64,000 bases of DNA, taken from the NCBI GenBank assembly GCA_040387495.1, contig JAZKDQ010000018.1, positions 1 to 64,000 of the forward strand, written 5' to 3'. Of the stretch, positions 47,770 through 58,262 are shown in pieces. How positions within the stretch are numbered: position 1 is the first letter of the stretch; the number at the start of each line of letters is the position of its first letter. This stretch comes from Pseudomonadota bacterium (GTDB taxonomy: Bacteria > Pseudomonadota > Alphaproteobacteria > Paracaedibacterales > CAIOTO01). Under the pieces are notes generated by a model that worked only from the letters and a program-made list of their open reading frames with translations, was not told the DNA's origin and made no database searches. A program made the position numbers and the translations under genes.

Positions 47770-50178
47770 ATGCAAAACACACAAACACGTTTTCTTCCCA
47801 TTGCACTTGTTGACTTCTTTAAGCGCAGTTTTCAAGAGCTCTTAGGGCTTTGTCTGATTTTGATGACATGCGCCCTTATCTTTTCTTTGGCGTCATATTC
47901 TCCTGTCGATGCGAGTCTTAATACAGCAACACTGCAAACGCCCGCGAATTGGCTAGGACTTTTTGGTGCTTATTGTGCCGATATTATGCTGCAGTTTTTT
48001 GGTCTTGCGACGCTTGTTTGGATTGTAATTGTTGCTATTTGGGGATATCGTCTCGTTCGCCAGCAAGCATTTGCTTTGTCCCCTATACGTTGGATTTCAG
48101 CGTTTGTATCTACGCTTTGTTTTGGTATGTTTTTAACTGGGTTCCCTATTTTTGATCCGCATTTGAAAATTTCAACGGTTTCGATTTTTGCTGATATTCC
48201 AAGTCAAGGCGGTGTATTTAGTTTTCTTTTGTTTTGGAACAGCCGAAAGTTTTTAGCATTAAACCATATGCTCTTTTTGTTAAAGCCAGCTCTTGTTGTT
48301 TTATTTTTTATTGGATTCATGTGTGCCTGGTATGCGGCTGGTTTGTCGCTGAAGCAATTGAAAAGTGCCATTCTTCGCGTCTATCGTGCCGTGAAGTGGA
48401 TATATGTCACATTAGGGCATTTTATAAATGTGGTGTTCGCGTTCGGTAAAAAAGAAAAATGTAATGATCATGATGATGATATTTCCAAATGGGACAACGC
48501 GCATCAAAAAGTGCGATTTGAAACAATTGATGAAATCCCTGAAATTGATTGGCGGCATATGGATGATAGCAATGACGCGTACAACGATGACGTTTCAGAA
48601 ATTTTAGCTGTTACGCCTGATGATTCGCATTCGCCTAAAATTGCCCTACAAAAATCGAAAAAGAATAACTTTAAATTACCTGAGCATCTTATGAACACGG
48701 GGAATTATAATTTACCACCGCTTGATTTGTTGGACAAAACAATTCAAAAGGCCCAGGCAATTATGCCTGAAATTTTGCAGGAGCAAGCACGTTTGCTCGA
48801 ATCAGTGCTTGCTGAATTTGGTATTCGCGGTGAAATTGTCAATATTCGCCCAGGACCTGTTGTAACCTTGTATGAATTAAAGCCAGCTCCAGGGATTAAA
48901 ACATCACGTGTTATTGGACTGGCGGATGATATTGCGCGATCGATGAGTGCACTTTCGGCGCGTATTGCAACCATTCCTGGGCAGAATGTGATTGGTATTG
49001 AATTGCCAAATCGTGTGCGCCAAACTGTGTATTTGCGCGAATTATTAAACGCACGTGATTATAATGAGACACAGGCAGGGCTGCCTCTTATTCTAGGGCA
49101 AGACATTGGTGGTTACCCGGTAATTGCAGATTTATCGAAAATGCCCCACCTATTAGTGGCGGGTACGACAGGGTCAGGTAAGTCCGTTTCTGTGAATGCT
49201 ATGATTTTGTCATTGTTGTTCAAATTGCCGCCTGAAAAATGTAAGTTCATCATGATTGATCCAAAAATGTTGGAATTGTCCATTTACGATGATATTCCAC
49301 ATTTACTGACACCAGTGGTGACTGACCCAAAGAAAGCCGTCGTTGCGCTTAAATGGGCGGTAAAGGAAATGGAAAATCGTTACCGTGCCATGTCTAAGCT
49401 GGGTGTTCGTAATATTGATGGATTTAATACACGTTTGTCTGACGCGCGCCGTACAGGTGAAGTATTAGTGCGCCGTGTGCAAACAGGTTTTGATCCAGAA
49501 ACAGGTAAGCCAATTTTTGAAAATCAAGGGCTTGATTACGAATTGCTGCCTTACATTGTTGTCGTGGTCGATGAGATGGCTGATTTGATGTTGGTTGCGG
49601 GCAAAGAAATTGAAGCAACCATTCAACGTCTTGCACAAATGGCACGTGCGGCAGGTATTCACCTTATTATGGCAACGCAGCGTCCGTCGGTGGATGTTAT
49701 CACAGGTACGATTAAGGCAAACTTTCCAACGCGTATTAGTTTTCAGGTTACATCAAAAATTGACAGTCGTACGATTCTAAGCGAACAAGGTGCTGAGCAG
49801 TTGTTAGGGCAAGGTGATATGCTTCATATGGCTGGCGGAGGGCGTATTAGTCGCGTGCATGGGCCGTTCATTCGTGATGATGAAGTAGAGCGTGTGGTGG
49901 CGTTCCTTAAAGCACAAGGGGAGCCATCGTACATCGAAGGTGTTACGGATGATGATGAAGAGTCCGCAGAGCAAGATAGCGGTGAGACCAAAGGCGGCGA
50001 TGCAACGTATAACCAGGCGGTTGAAGTCATCATGCGTGAAGGAAAAGTGTCAACTAGCTTTATTCAACGTCATCTGCAGATTGGCTATAACCGCGCTGCA
50101 CGTATTGTGGAACAGATGGAAAAAGAGGGGCTGATTAGCCCAGCCAATCACGCTGGTAAGCGGGAGATTTTGAGGTAA
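47770..50178 (+). CDS. ftsK: DNA translocase FtsK
   Basis: N-terminal TMs, HLLVAGTTGSGKS, IDPKMLEL, ATQRPSVD, IGYNRAAR. Confidence 0.97.
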   Translation: MQNTQTRFLPIALVDFFKRSFQELLGLCLILMTCALIFSLASYSPVDASLNTATLQTPANWLGLFGAYCADIMLQFFGLATLVWIVIVAIWGYRLVRQQAFALSPIRWISAFVSTLCFGMFLTGFPIFDPHLKISTVSIFADIPSQGGVFSFLLFWNSRKFLALNHMLFLLKPALVVLFFIGFMCAWYAAGLSLKQLKSAILRVYRAVKWIYVTLGHFINVVFAFGKKEKCNDHDDDISKWDNAHQKVRFETIDEIPEIDWRHMDDSNDAYNDDVSEILAVTPDDSHSPKIALQKSKKNNFKLPEHLMNTGNYNLPPLDLLDKTIQKAQAIMPEILQEQARLLESVLAEFGIRGEIVNIRPGPVVTLYELKPAPGIKTSRVIGLADDIARSMSALSARIATIPGQNVIGIELPNRVRQTVYLRELLNARDYNETQAGLPLILGQDIGGYPVIADLSKMPHLLVAGTTGSGKSVSVNAMILSLLFKLPPEKCKFIMIDPKMLELSIYDDIPHLLTPVVTDPKKAVVALKWAVKEMENRYRAMSKLGVRNIDGFNTRLSDARRTGEVLVRRVQTGFDPETGKPIFENQGLDYELLPYIVVVVDEMADLMLVAGKEIEATIQRLAQMARAAGIHLIMATQRPSVDVITGTIKANFPTRISFQVTSKIDSRTILSEQGAEQLLGQGDMLHMAGGGRISRVHGPFIRDDEVERVVAFLKAQGEPSYIEGVTDDDEESAEQDSGETKGGDATYNQAVEVIMREGKVSTSFIQRHLQIGYNRAARIVEQMEKEGLISPANHAGKREILR

Positions 50179-50214
50179 GGTTTTTGTTAAGATGTTGTCA
50201 CTTAATGTCTAAAG

Positions 50215-50244
50215 AAAGCGCTTCTAAAAAATAGAAGCGCTTTT
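50215..50244. terminator. Bidirectional intrinsic terminator
   Basis: AAAGCGCTTCTA-AAAAA-TAGAAGCGCTTTT. Confidence 0.8.
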
Positions 50245-50257
50245 GATTTTGTAACGC

Positions 50258-50743
50258 TTATTTTTTAGTAATTTGCTTTGTGTAAGTAACGAATTCTTCT
50301 ATTGATGATTCAATTGCATTGTCAAAGCCCCCACCAAATATGCCGCTGCCAATTTTGTCTTCAGCTTGTATTTTTCCGATTTCCTGGCGATTTGAATCTA
50401 AATATTTAATTTCAGTCATTAATGTTCCTTCGCCAACGTTACCTATCCCACCAAAGAACCAGCGTCCAAACTGGCTACCTTCATTCATCTGAATAAAACG
50501 ATAGTGCAACGTCAAATCTTTGTTGTCTTTGAAGCCAGCTTCGTTTAATTTTTCACGTAAATGAGTCTCAAATTTATCAGTTATTTCTGTTGGCACATTA
50601 ACAGTTGATTCATCTCGCTCAATTGTAACGCCTGTAACTGGTTGCTTAAGCTTAACAGGTTCTAAAACCATAACGCGGCCTGTTCCGCAGGCAGATAAAA
50701 TAACTGCTGTTGCAATTAATGCTGCTAATTGACTTTTCTTCAT
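50258..50743 (-). CDS. DUF4410-like lipoprotein
   Basis: Lipobox LSAC; EGSQFGRWFFGGIG motif. Confidence 0.7.
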   Translation of the reverse strand: MKKSQLAALIATAVILSACGTGRVMVLEPVKLKQPVTGVTIERDESTVNVPTEITDKFETHLREKLNEAGFKDNKDLTLHYRFIQMNEGSQFGRWFFGGIGNVGEGTLMTEIKYLDSNRQEIGKIQAEDKIGSGIFGGGFDNAIESSIEEFVTYTKQITKK

Positions 50744-50887
50744 GTATAAATCCTTTTACTTTTTATGAATTAGACAATTTTAATTCCAGGCATTTTAACC
50801 TGGTTTGAAATAACACTCAAATAAATTCACATCATCAATCGTGTTTAAGGAAAAATAGTTGTCAACGATTAATACTACACCTGTGCC

Positions 50888-52534
50888 CTAAGACTTTTCC
50901 TTCTCAAGCTTTCTGATCAAATTTTTGATCTTTTTCTTTTGCTCTAACGTTAGTTTTTTATCTTCAAATAATTCATTATAAAGGCGCAGTCCTTCAGACC
51001 TTCCATAGCTTTTTTTCATGTTCAAGGCTTCTGTGTTTTTTAGGTACATATCCGCCATTCTACATTTAACGTCAAACCATTTTTCTTGTTTGAGATCAGG
51101 ATATGCTAGAATTTCAGTGTATAATGCCATGGTTGCTGTTTTGACGTCTTTTCCATCTATCGGGCTAAAATGCCACCAAGCTCTTAGATATTGGTTTTCT
51201 AATTCAAGTCGGATGTCAATTTTCTCTTCAACAGATAATGTTGCGTCTGCAAGCAGTTCTGTGAATATTTTTTTCGACTGTTTAGTAGCGTCTTCTCGTT
51301 TTTGGTGAAATACGTTATATGAATAGTTAAGCGCAAGCAACTTTCTGTATTTAAAGTATTCTTTCGCGTCAGCACGGCTTTCTTCTACCACTTCACGCGT
51401 GAGTTCTAATGATTTTGCAGCAGATTCACTTGGGGTAAGATAGCTTTTATCCCAATAAAAACTTCTTAAGCGTATTTTGTATTTCAACCGTTCTGTTAAT
51501 GAGAGTGTTTTGTCATCCACTACTTCCTGCATTAGATCAATCGCAGCTTTTGCAGCATCACTTTTCTTCAAATTAAAATTATTACCATAAGTAGACGTAT
51601 ATTTTTCTGCAAGCTTTAATTTAGTTTGTGAGCGCATGATGTTTGTAATGGTCTTATCTGCAATGACCTCTTTATATAAAGCCAACATTTTTTTATCATT
51701 AAAATCACCCTCAACAGATGAATTATCAGCTAAAGCAAGTTTCGCCTCAGCACGTAAATCAGGACGTGCCTTTGTGTCACTAATGACTTCATTGAAAAGG
51801 GATATAGCTTTTGTTTTTCTTTCCTCTGCTGTAATACCTAAATCTTTTTGCATTGCTAAATTTTCAGTCAGATATTGCTTAGCAAGTTCTATTTTTGAGC
51901 GGCCCCTGGTTTCAGGGCTTACCCCTGGGTCTTTGCATACTTCTTCCAGTAATGATACTGACTTTTTGTTGGCCTCGGCAGGTATCAGATCAAAATTATT
52001 ACTGAGATATAGTTTCGATAAATGCCTTTTAGCCCACCCTTTGAAATCTGAGGATATATTAGTTTCATGAATGACTTCATTTAACAGTCGCAAAGACTCT
52101 CTGCTGCGATCTTGTTTCTTGAGTGTATAATCTACATAGAATCTGGGTATATATATATCAGCATAATTAATTTTTGCACGTGCACGTACATCCGGGCTGA
52201 CGGTTTTATCTTCCATGACTTCTTTGTAAAGCCGCGTTGCTTCTTTTATAAGATTTTGTTGTCCAAGATTTGTGCGTTTGTTTCGGTGATCATCGGCAAT
52301 TTTTAATTTTGCAAGTGCAGCCACGTCTTCTTTCGAGTTAGTGCTGACAATTTCTGCTGGCCCATATTTTTCTGAAATTTCTGGTTTTTCATTGATTTTA
52401 GCCAAAGATTCAGTGGTGATGCTTGATGCTTCTGCATTGCTTGTTGTTTTTGCTCCGCATGATTCAACCTGAAAGGCAATAAGTGCACCACTTAGAAAAA
52501 GTATTCTTTTGGAGTTACAAAAATTATTAATCAT
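50888..52534 (-). CDS. Secreted ~45-aa repeat protein, paralog of 45447-46949
   Basis: Shares RAKIN.A..Y and KGWAK..L.KLYL.N.FD..P..A..K..SLL.EV..D. Confidence 0.8.
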   Translation of the reverse strand: MINNFCNSKRILFLSGALIAFQVESCGAKTTSNAEASSITTESLAKINEKPEISEKYGPAEIVSTNSKEDVAALAKLKIADDHRNKRTNLGQQNLIKEATRLYKEVMEDKTVSPDVRARAKINYADIYIPRFYVDYTLKKQDRSRESLRLLNEVIHETNISSDFKGWAKRHLSKLYLSNNFDLIPAEANKKSVSLLEEVCKDPGVSPETRGRSKIELAKQYLTENLAMQKDLGITAEERKTKAISLFNEVISDTKARPDLRAEAKLALADNSSVEGDFNDKKMLALYKEVIADKTITNIMRSQTKLKLAEKYTSTYGNNFNLKKSDAAKAAIDLMQEVVDDKTLSLTERLKYKIRLRSFYWDKSYLTPSESAAKSLELTREVVEESRADAKEYFKYRKLLALNYSYNVFHQKREDATKQSKKIFTELLADATLSVEEKIDIRLELENQYLRAWWHFSPIDGKDVKTATMALYTEILAYPDLKQEKWFDVKCRMADMYLKNTEALNMKKSYGRSEGLRLYNELFEDKKLTLEQKKKIKNLIRKLEKEKS

Positions 52535-52604
52535 CTATTATTACCGTAAATAGAAATTCATGAATAATTATTACAGTACTAAATTTAATATATGATTAAT
52601 ATTT

Positions 52605-53336
52605 TTATTTTTTCAAATAATCCTCAACCAAATTCACATCATCGATCGTATCGACAGAAAAATAATCCCCATTAACCAATGTTATCCCATAGCGATGACC
52701 AAGTGTGAGCCCGCGCAACTGCTCTAACTGTTCAGTAGACTCAAGCTGCCCAACAGGTGCTTTCACAAACTCAGCCAACGCAGCCTTTGTATAGATATAC
52801 AGGCCAATGTGTTTGTAAAATTGTTTGGTTCCATAAGGAATTACTGCACGCGAAAAATAGTGTGCTCTCCCAAAGATAGCGTCATTTGTGCTCGCAGCAC
52901 TTTTCTCAAAAGCCACCTTAACGTACGATGGGTTAGCAATATCATCATTTAGTGCAGACATCGCTGTTACGACATCACTTGGTACGTGCTTAAACACATC
53001 CAGCGTCTTTTGAATCAAATCCTTTGGGAAAACAGCCATGTCGCCTTGCAGATTGATGATGATATCTTCGTTATTTCCAATTTTTGTATACGCCTCAAAA
53101 ATACGATCTGTTCCCGATGGTGCATCTGGGGCGGTCAGAATTGCTTCACCGCCTAGTGATTCAATCAATTTTTTGACGCGATCATCACAACATGCAACGA
53201 CAATACGTCCATCATAAGATGCTTTTGCCCGTTCAAACACATGTTGAATCAAGGGCTTGCCGGCAATCATATGTAATGGCTTTTCAGGCAGTCTGGTGGA
53301 AGCCAAACGTGATGGAATAATAAGGATAGGTTTCAT
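52605..53336 (-). CDS. kdsB: CMP-KDO synthetase
   Basis: IPSRLASTRLPEKPL, SGTDRI, INLQGD, YFSRAVIP, KHIGLY, EQLEQLR. Confidence 0.93.
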   Translation of the reverse strand: MKPILIIPSRLASTRLPEKPLHMIAGKPLIQHVFERAKASYDGRIVVACCDDRVKKLIESLGGEAILTAPDAPSGTDRIFEAYTKIGNNEDIIINLQGDMAVFPKDLIQKTLDVFKHVPSDVVTAMSALNDDIANPSYVKVAFEKSAASTNDAIFGRAHYFSRAVIPYGTKQFYKHIGLYIYTKAALAEFVKAPVGQLESTEQLEQLRGLTLGHRYGITLVNGDYFSVDTIDDVNLVEDYLKK

Positions 53337-53360
53337 GCATTTCCTTGGTGTCTTTTTATG

Positions 53361-53885
53361 TTAAACATTTACATCAATAGGCTCAGAGCTATGTTTTGCC
53401 GTTACCATTTTATCAATAAAGGCAAGAAATAATGCTGAGATAACAAATGCAAGATGTATGATTGTTTGCCACATCAGCTGATCCGTCGTTAATGCTTTCA
53501 TATTTAGGAACGAAGCTAATAAATGAATTGACGAAATGCCCACGATGGACGTTGCAACTTTAATTTTTATTGTTCCAGGGTCGACGTTGCCCAGCCAGCC
53601 AGGTTTTTGTCCGTCACTGCCAACCAGAATAGGTTCAATAAAACTCTCATAACCGCTGATAATAACCATCACTAATAAGTTTGCAACAAGCAGTAAGTCT
53701 ATCAAACTAAGAACTTTTAAAATAAAATCAGATTCTGATGATTTTTCGACATGGTAAAGGAGCTTTCCAAGTTCGTGGTAAAACTGAACTGAAAAAAGAG
53801 CAAGTGCCAATATCATTCCTAAGTACAGAGGGATTTGCAGGTAACGGCTCCATAAAACAACCGATTGTAGCTTTGGACGTTGCAT
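53361..53885 (-). CDS. UPF0114/YqhA family membrane protein
   Basis: SRYLQIPLYLG, LIDLLLVANLLVMVIISGYE, ISSIHLL. Confidence 0.88.
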   Translation of the reverse strand: MQRPKLQSVVLWSRYLQIPLYLGMILALALFSVQFYHELGKLLYHVEKSSESDFILKVLSLIDLLLVANLLVMVIISGYESFIEPILVGSDGQKPGWLGNVDPGTIKIKVATSIVGISSIHLLASFLNMKALTTDQLMWQTIIHLAFVISALFLAFIDKMVTAKHSSEPIDVNV

Positions 53886-53987
53886 AATTTGCTCCTGTTA
53901 AAAATGTGTTAAGGATTTGTAGTCTATCATATACCTATCTTATCTTAAAATGTTCATTTTTAAGAAGGATGTGCTATCGGAGGAACT

Positions 53988-55484
53988 ATGCTCGCAAAAT
54001 CATATACGGTTTCATTTCAAGGAATTGATGTTCATCCTGTAACGGTTGAGGTGGTTATCAATAACGGATTGCCCAATTTTAATATTGTGGGACTTGCAGA
54101 TAAAGCTGTTGGTGAGTCGCGCGAACGTATTCGTGCCTGTTTTCATAATCTTGGTGTAGCATTACCTGCCAAACGAATCACAGTCAATCTTTCTCCGGCG
54201 GATGTTCCAAAAGAAGGTGCACATTTTGACTTGCCGATTGCACTTGGTATTTTGGCTGCACTTAAGGTGTTTGATACCGTGCAGTTGGAAGAATACATTG
54301 CCTTAGGCGAACTTAGTCTTGATGGAACAATTAATCAATGCGTTGGCATTTTGCCAGCATCTTTGCATGCGCTGGAATCTGAAAAAGGTATTATTTGCCC
54401 CGAGAAAAGTGGAAATGAAGCTGCGTGGACAGGAATCAGCAATATTATACCAGCTAAGAATTTATTGGATCTTATTAATCATTTTAAGGGCGATCAAATC
54501 ATTACACCGCCGACTGCGCCAAGCAATATTGCAGCCCAGACTTTTTCGGTTGATATGAAAGAGGTGCGCGGGCAAATCATGGCACGACGTGGTTTGGAAA
54601 TTGCAGCGGCTGGCGGCCATAATGTGTTGATGAGTGGTCCACCTGGTGCTGGAAAATCCATGTTGGCTCAGCGTTTTCCGACATTGCTTCCGCCTTTGTG
54701 GCCTGAAGAAGCACTTGAAGTATCAATTATTCATAGTTTGTCGGGGTTGTTGCCTGATAGTGGGCTTGTAACATCGCGCCCGTATCGCGACCCACATCAT
54801 TCAATCTCCATGCCAGCACTTGTTGGCGGCGGTGCTAAGGCTAAGCCTGGTGAGATTTCATTGGCGCATCACGGCGTGTTGTTTTTGGATGAATTACCTG
54901 AATTTCCGCGTTATACGCTTGAGGCGCTTAGGCAGCCGCTTGAAACTGGTGAAGTGCTTATTGCGCGCGCCAGTAATCATGCCAGATTTCCAGCAAAGTT
55001 TCAGTTGATTGCAGCGATGAACCCATGTCGTTGTGGGTATTTGGGTGAGGTAGAACGTGAATGTTCAAAAGCACCTTTGTGCGGAAAAGATTACCAATCA
55101 AAGCTTTCAGGACCATTGCTCGATCGATTTGATTTATTTATTCAAATGCAAAAGATTGATCCAAAAGATCTCGTGTTAGCTACTGATGATGGTGAAGATT
55201 CAGCTACTATTAGAGCGCGAATTACATCAGCAATTGATTTTCAACATGAACGCGGACAACGTTATAAAAATGCAGATTTCAAAAGTGCAGAATTGCTTGC
55301 ACAGTTGGAGCCTGATGAGGCGTTAAGCGATTTATTGCAGAAAGCATTTGATCGATTCAGCTTAAGTGCCCGCGGGTTTTATCGTTTGCTAAAAGTCGCA
55401 CGTACGATTGCGGATTTGGCGCATCATGAGAAAATCACGAAGGAGGATTTGCTTGAGGCGATGCAGTTTCGGATGGTGGTTTAG
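53988..55484 (+). CDS. comM: YifB/ComM Mg-chelatase-like AAA+ ATPase
   Basis: VNLSPAD, GELSLDG, GPPGAGKS, PGEISLAHHGVLFLDE, AMNPCRCG. Confidence 0.93.
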   Translation: MLAKSYTVSFQGIDVHPVTVEVVINNGLPNFNIVGLADKAVGESRERIRACFHNLGVALPAKRITVNLSPADVPKEGAHFDLPIALGILAALKVFDTVQLEEYIALGELSLDGTINQCVGILPASLHALESEKGIICPEKSGNEAAWTGISNIIPAKNLLDLINHFKGDQIITPPTAPSNIAAQTFSVDMKEVRGQIMARRGLEIAAAGGHNVLMSGPPGAGKSMLAQRFPTLLPPLWPEEALEVSIIHSLSGLLPDSGLVTSRPYRDPHHSISMPALVGGGAKAKPGEISLAHHGVLFLDELPEFPRYTLEALRQPLETGEVLIARASNHARFPAKFQLIAAMNPCRCGYLGEVERECSKAPLCGKDYQSKLSGPLLDRFDLFIQMQKIDPKDLVLATDDGEDSATIRARITSAIDFQHERGQRYKNADFKSAELLAQLEPDEALSDLLQKAFDRFSLSARGFYRLLKVARTIADLAHHEKITKEDLLEAMQFRMVV

Positions 55485-55505
55485 AGGAATTCTTCTGAAC
55501 CTCCT

Positions 55506-55580
55506 TCATCACGAGCAGTCTTGGCTGCGTGGCCATCCAGAATGCTTTTCTAGATGATCACGCACTTTGGGCTCTATGAC
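55506..55580. repeat. Degenerate palindromic element related to 8810-8885
   Basis: TCATCACGAG...ATCCAG...CTAGAT...CTATGAC layout. Confidence 0.5.
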
Positions 55581-55608
55581 ATAGCGTGCTTTAATAAAGG
55601 AATAGAAA

Positions 55609-56112
55609 CTACTCCACCCCAACATAAATATCAACAATTGTGCTCATCGGGTTCAAGCTACGTTCATCATGAATTTGAAAATCAGTCTTAAAGCTACGCT
55701 TGCCACCAAGTGCATCGACCTTCATCTGCCAAATTTTTTGCCATGCACTGAGCACAACAAATGGCATTTGGCCAGATTCAGTAGTGAACTTTGCATAATT
55801 TTGTGCCGGGATAACAAGTTTCTTTAAGCCCTCACCAGGTACGTATGATTCAGCCACATCTGCATCAATTTCTTCACCAATGAAAAATGTATAATCGCCT
55901 GTATGATCGCTTTCGTAATCGGTATATACACAATATGTGGTACCTGGTTTTTTTCGGTTGGTGATTTGATTAAATATTTGTTCTTGGCCATAGCGCTGTG
56001 CGCACGGGCCAATCTTGCTAGTCATAGGGCCGGTTTCATATTTAAAGTTGTTCGTGCGGGTATCTATGCCAATAAGCGTTATGGCGGGCAGGGAAAGGTT
56101 TTGTTGCTGCAT
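55609..56112 (-). CDS. GyrI-like/AraC effector-binding domain protein
   Basis: GIDTRTNN, VYTDYESDHTGDYT, IPAQNYAKF, WQKIW, DIYVGV. Confidence 0.88.
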   Translation of the reverse strand: MQQQNLSLPAITLIGIDTRTNNFKYETGPMTSKIGPCAQRYGQEQIFNQITNRKKPGTTYCVYTDYESDHTGDYTFFIGEEIDADVAESYVPGEGLKKLVIPAQNYAKFTTESGQMPFVVLSAWQKIWQMKVDALGGKRSFKTDFQIHDERSLNPMSTIVDIYVGVE

Positions 56113-56186
56113 GATTTGGAATCCTTGTGAAATTATTATTTAATCCTACAAGGAGTCGTGTTACGCAGCAACAGGTTTGGTTGTGT

Positions 56187-58112
56187 TTAGGCTTTTTCTG
56201 CTTCTTCAATGAATATTTTAGCTTCACCAAAGAAATCTACAAACTTGCCAGTGTAATCATGTGGTTGCCTTAGAATATTAAGGATCTTGAACATATGTCT
56301 TAAAAGATTGTGTGCTTCGTTGTTTAATTCTTGCTGCTTAGCTTTAAAAGGTGTGATTCCTTGCGCTTGATTAAATGCAAGGTGAAGCTGTAACAGACTA
56401 GGGAGATTACCTTTGTTTTCTGTTAATAATTCTTGAGCCTTTATGTTTCCTTTAAAGGCAAAGTGATACACATTGCCAAGTAAGTTGAGCGCGCTAGGAT
56501 TGTTCGCAAACTCTGCAATATAATCGTCAATTAGCAAGTCTTGTGCTGCTTGTACACCTTCACTTGCAAGGTCCTGCAATAACTCACGGCGTTGTCCAGG
56601 CGTTTTATCTGCATACCCTAATTCTTGATTATGAATTACAGATGCAAGCATATCTCTTGCTTCTGGCACGATTTCGCCGATAGCCATGATTTCAGCGATT
56701 TTCCGCTCATTAAGACGATTTTCGATGAATTGCGTTAAGAACTTATCTGTAAATTCTTTTATGCTTTGCTCTATTTGGTTTTCTGAAAATCCTCCAGTTC
56801 TAGAAAGAGCAGAAACGTCTTGTGCAATTTTATTTTTGATATCTTTAAAACCAATGCCTTCGTTAAATTCGATGGTAAGTCTTTCAATGTCAGTGCTGCT
56901 AAATTCTTTTGTCTCAGGTAAGAAGTGTAAATAGTTTATCAGATAACATTTAGCAACTTCAGGCGATTTTGTTTTTTCAACAAGTTTACGCAACACAAGA
57001 TGAAATGGCTCTGATCGTTTCATGCCGGCGAAGTCATACAATCCTTCAATATAACCACGTGGCAAAGGTTTACCATCTTTCTTCAGAAGAGGTTTCACGG
57101 CAAAATGTTGGGAGAGTGGGCGATGCATCGCATTTACAAAATAAGTGTGCCAGCCCTCGACAGCCTTTTCATCTGAAAAAGTTCCTTTTGTGTCTGTTCT
57201 TGTGTTTTTTATCAAATTGGTATAATAAAGTACGCCCCAATAATCTAGACTTGCGCCAGTGTCAAGGCCAGCAAGTATCTCCATTTTTTGGGAATCATCA
57301 AATTCTTTGTCTATAAATATTGATCGTGCATGGAGATATTGAAAGGGAATGCTTCGTATGTCACTTAAGGTTTGAATAGATACCTGTATATTTTGTGTTT
57401 TTTTGAGTTCTTTCTGTTTTTCCTCCTCAGTTAAATTTGACTCTTTTATTTCTTTTGATTTTTGTTCCGAAAGTTGTTGTAAGTCAGAATATGATAGACG
57501 CCAGTCATCAGGAAAACGTCCATCCTGCCAAGCGTATTGCGCTGCAACCGTATTTCCAAGTAATGCGCACGTAAGGAGATTTGCTACGCCATTAAAGTCT
57601 GCTTCCACCTGTGGAATTCCAGATACTCTTTTAATCAAATTCATCATTGCTGTTTGGGGTGATTCTTTTGCAAAAAGTGCACGTTCAATAGTTATAACAA
57701 CAAATGCAGGGTCACCATAGCGAAGACCTTCTGAAATAATGAGGTCAATTTGTCTACGTGCCTCCGATAAAAGAATGCGGCCAGATTCTGCTTCAGGTGA
57801 GTGAAAATCGGAAAATGAGCAATCAACTCCATACATATCTTTAAGCTCTGTTTTTATTTGTCGTAGGAGAAGACCCATTACCTCTTCTCGGTTCTTGCGC
57901 ATCTGGACATTATCACATAGTGGCTGGTTATTTTGCATTCTTGTACGCAGCTCATTGTCTAGATCTACAACGCCTGTAAATAGTTGGTGTCCTTTTAAAA
58001 CGCTTACGCTTGTGGCTTCACATTCGTTACGAATATCATTGTTAATTGATGCACATATATGCGTGACATTTATTGAGAGAAGCATTATCCAAATTATAAA
58101 TCTTCGAAACAT
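56187..58112 (-). CDS. Large secreted hypothetical helical protein
   Basis: N-terminal signal; scattered A..G...AQ motifs. Confidence 0.7.
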   Translation of the reverse strand: MFRRFIIWIMLLSINVTHICASINNDIRNECEATSVSVLKGHQLFTGVVDLDNELRTRMQNNQPLCDNVQMRKNREEVMGLLLRQIKTELKDMYGVDCSFSDFHSPEAESGRILLSEARRQIDLIISEGLRYGDPAFVVITIERALFAKESPQTAMMNLIKRVSGIPQVEADFNGVANLLTCALLGNTVAAQYAWQDGRFPDDWRLSYSDLQQLSEQKSKEIKESNLTEEEKQKELKKTQNIQVSIQTLSDIRSIPFQYLHARSIFIDKEFDDSQKMEILAGLDTGASLDYWGVLYYTNLIKNTRTDTKGTFSDEKAVEGWHTYFVNAMHRPLSQHFAVKPLLKKDGKPLPRGYIEGLYDFAGMKRSEPFHLVLRKLVEKTKSPEVAKCYLINYLHFLPETKEFSSTDIERLTIEFNEGIGFKDIKNKIAQDVSALSRTGGFSENQIEQSIKEFTDKFLTQFIENRLNERKIAEIMAIGEIVPEARDMLASVIHNQELGYADKTPGQRRELLQDLASEGVQAAQDLLIDDYIAEFANNPSALNLLGNVYHFAFKGNIKAQELLTENKGNLPSLLQLHLAFNQAQGITPFKAKQQELNNEAHNLLRHMFKILNILRQPHDYTGKFVDFFGEAKIFIEEAEKA

Positions 58113-58262
58113 TCTAGATCCTTACATAAAAGCTGCTATATAAATATCTTGCATGGGCATTTGCTACCAAATAGTTAATGGATTTATTCTTTATATATTA
58201 TCATTTTGTTAGTTATTGATATGCTAGATTTAAGGATGAACCTTTTTTAAAGGATAAAACTA

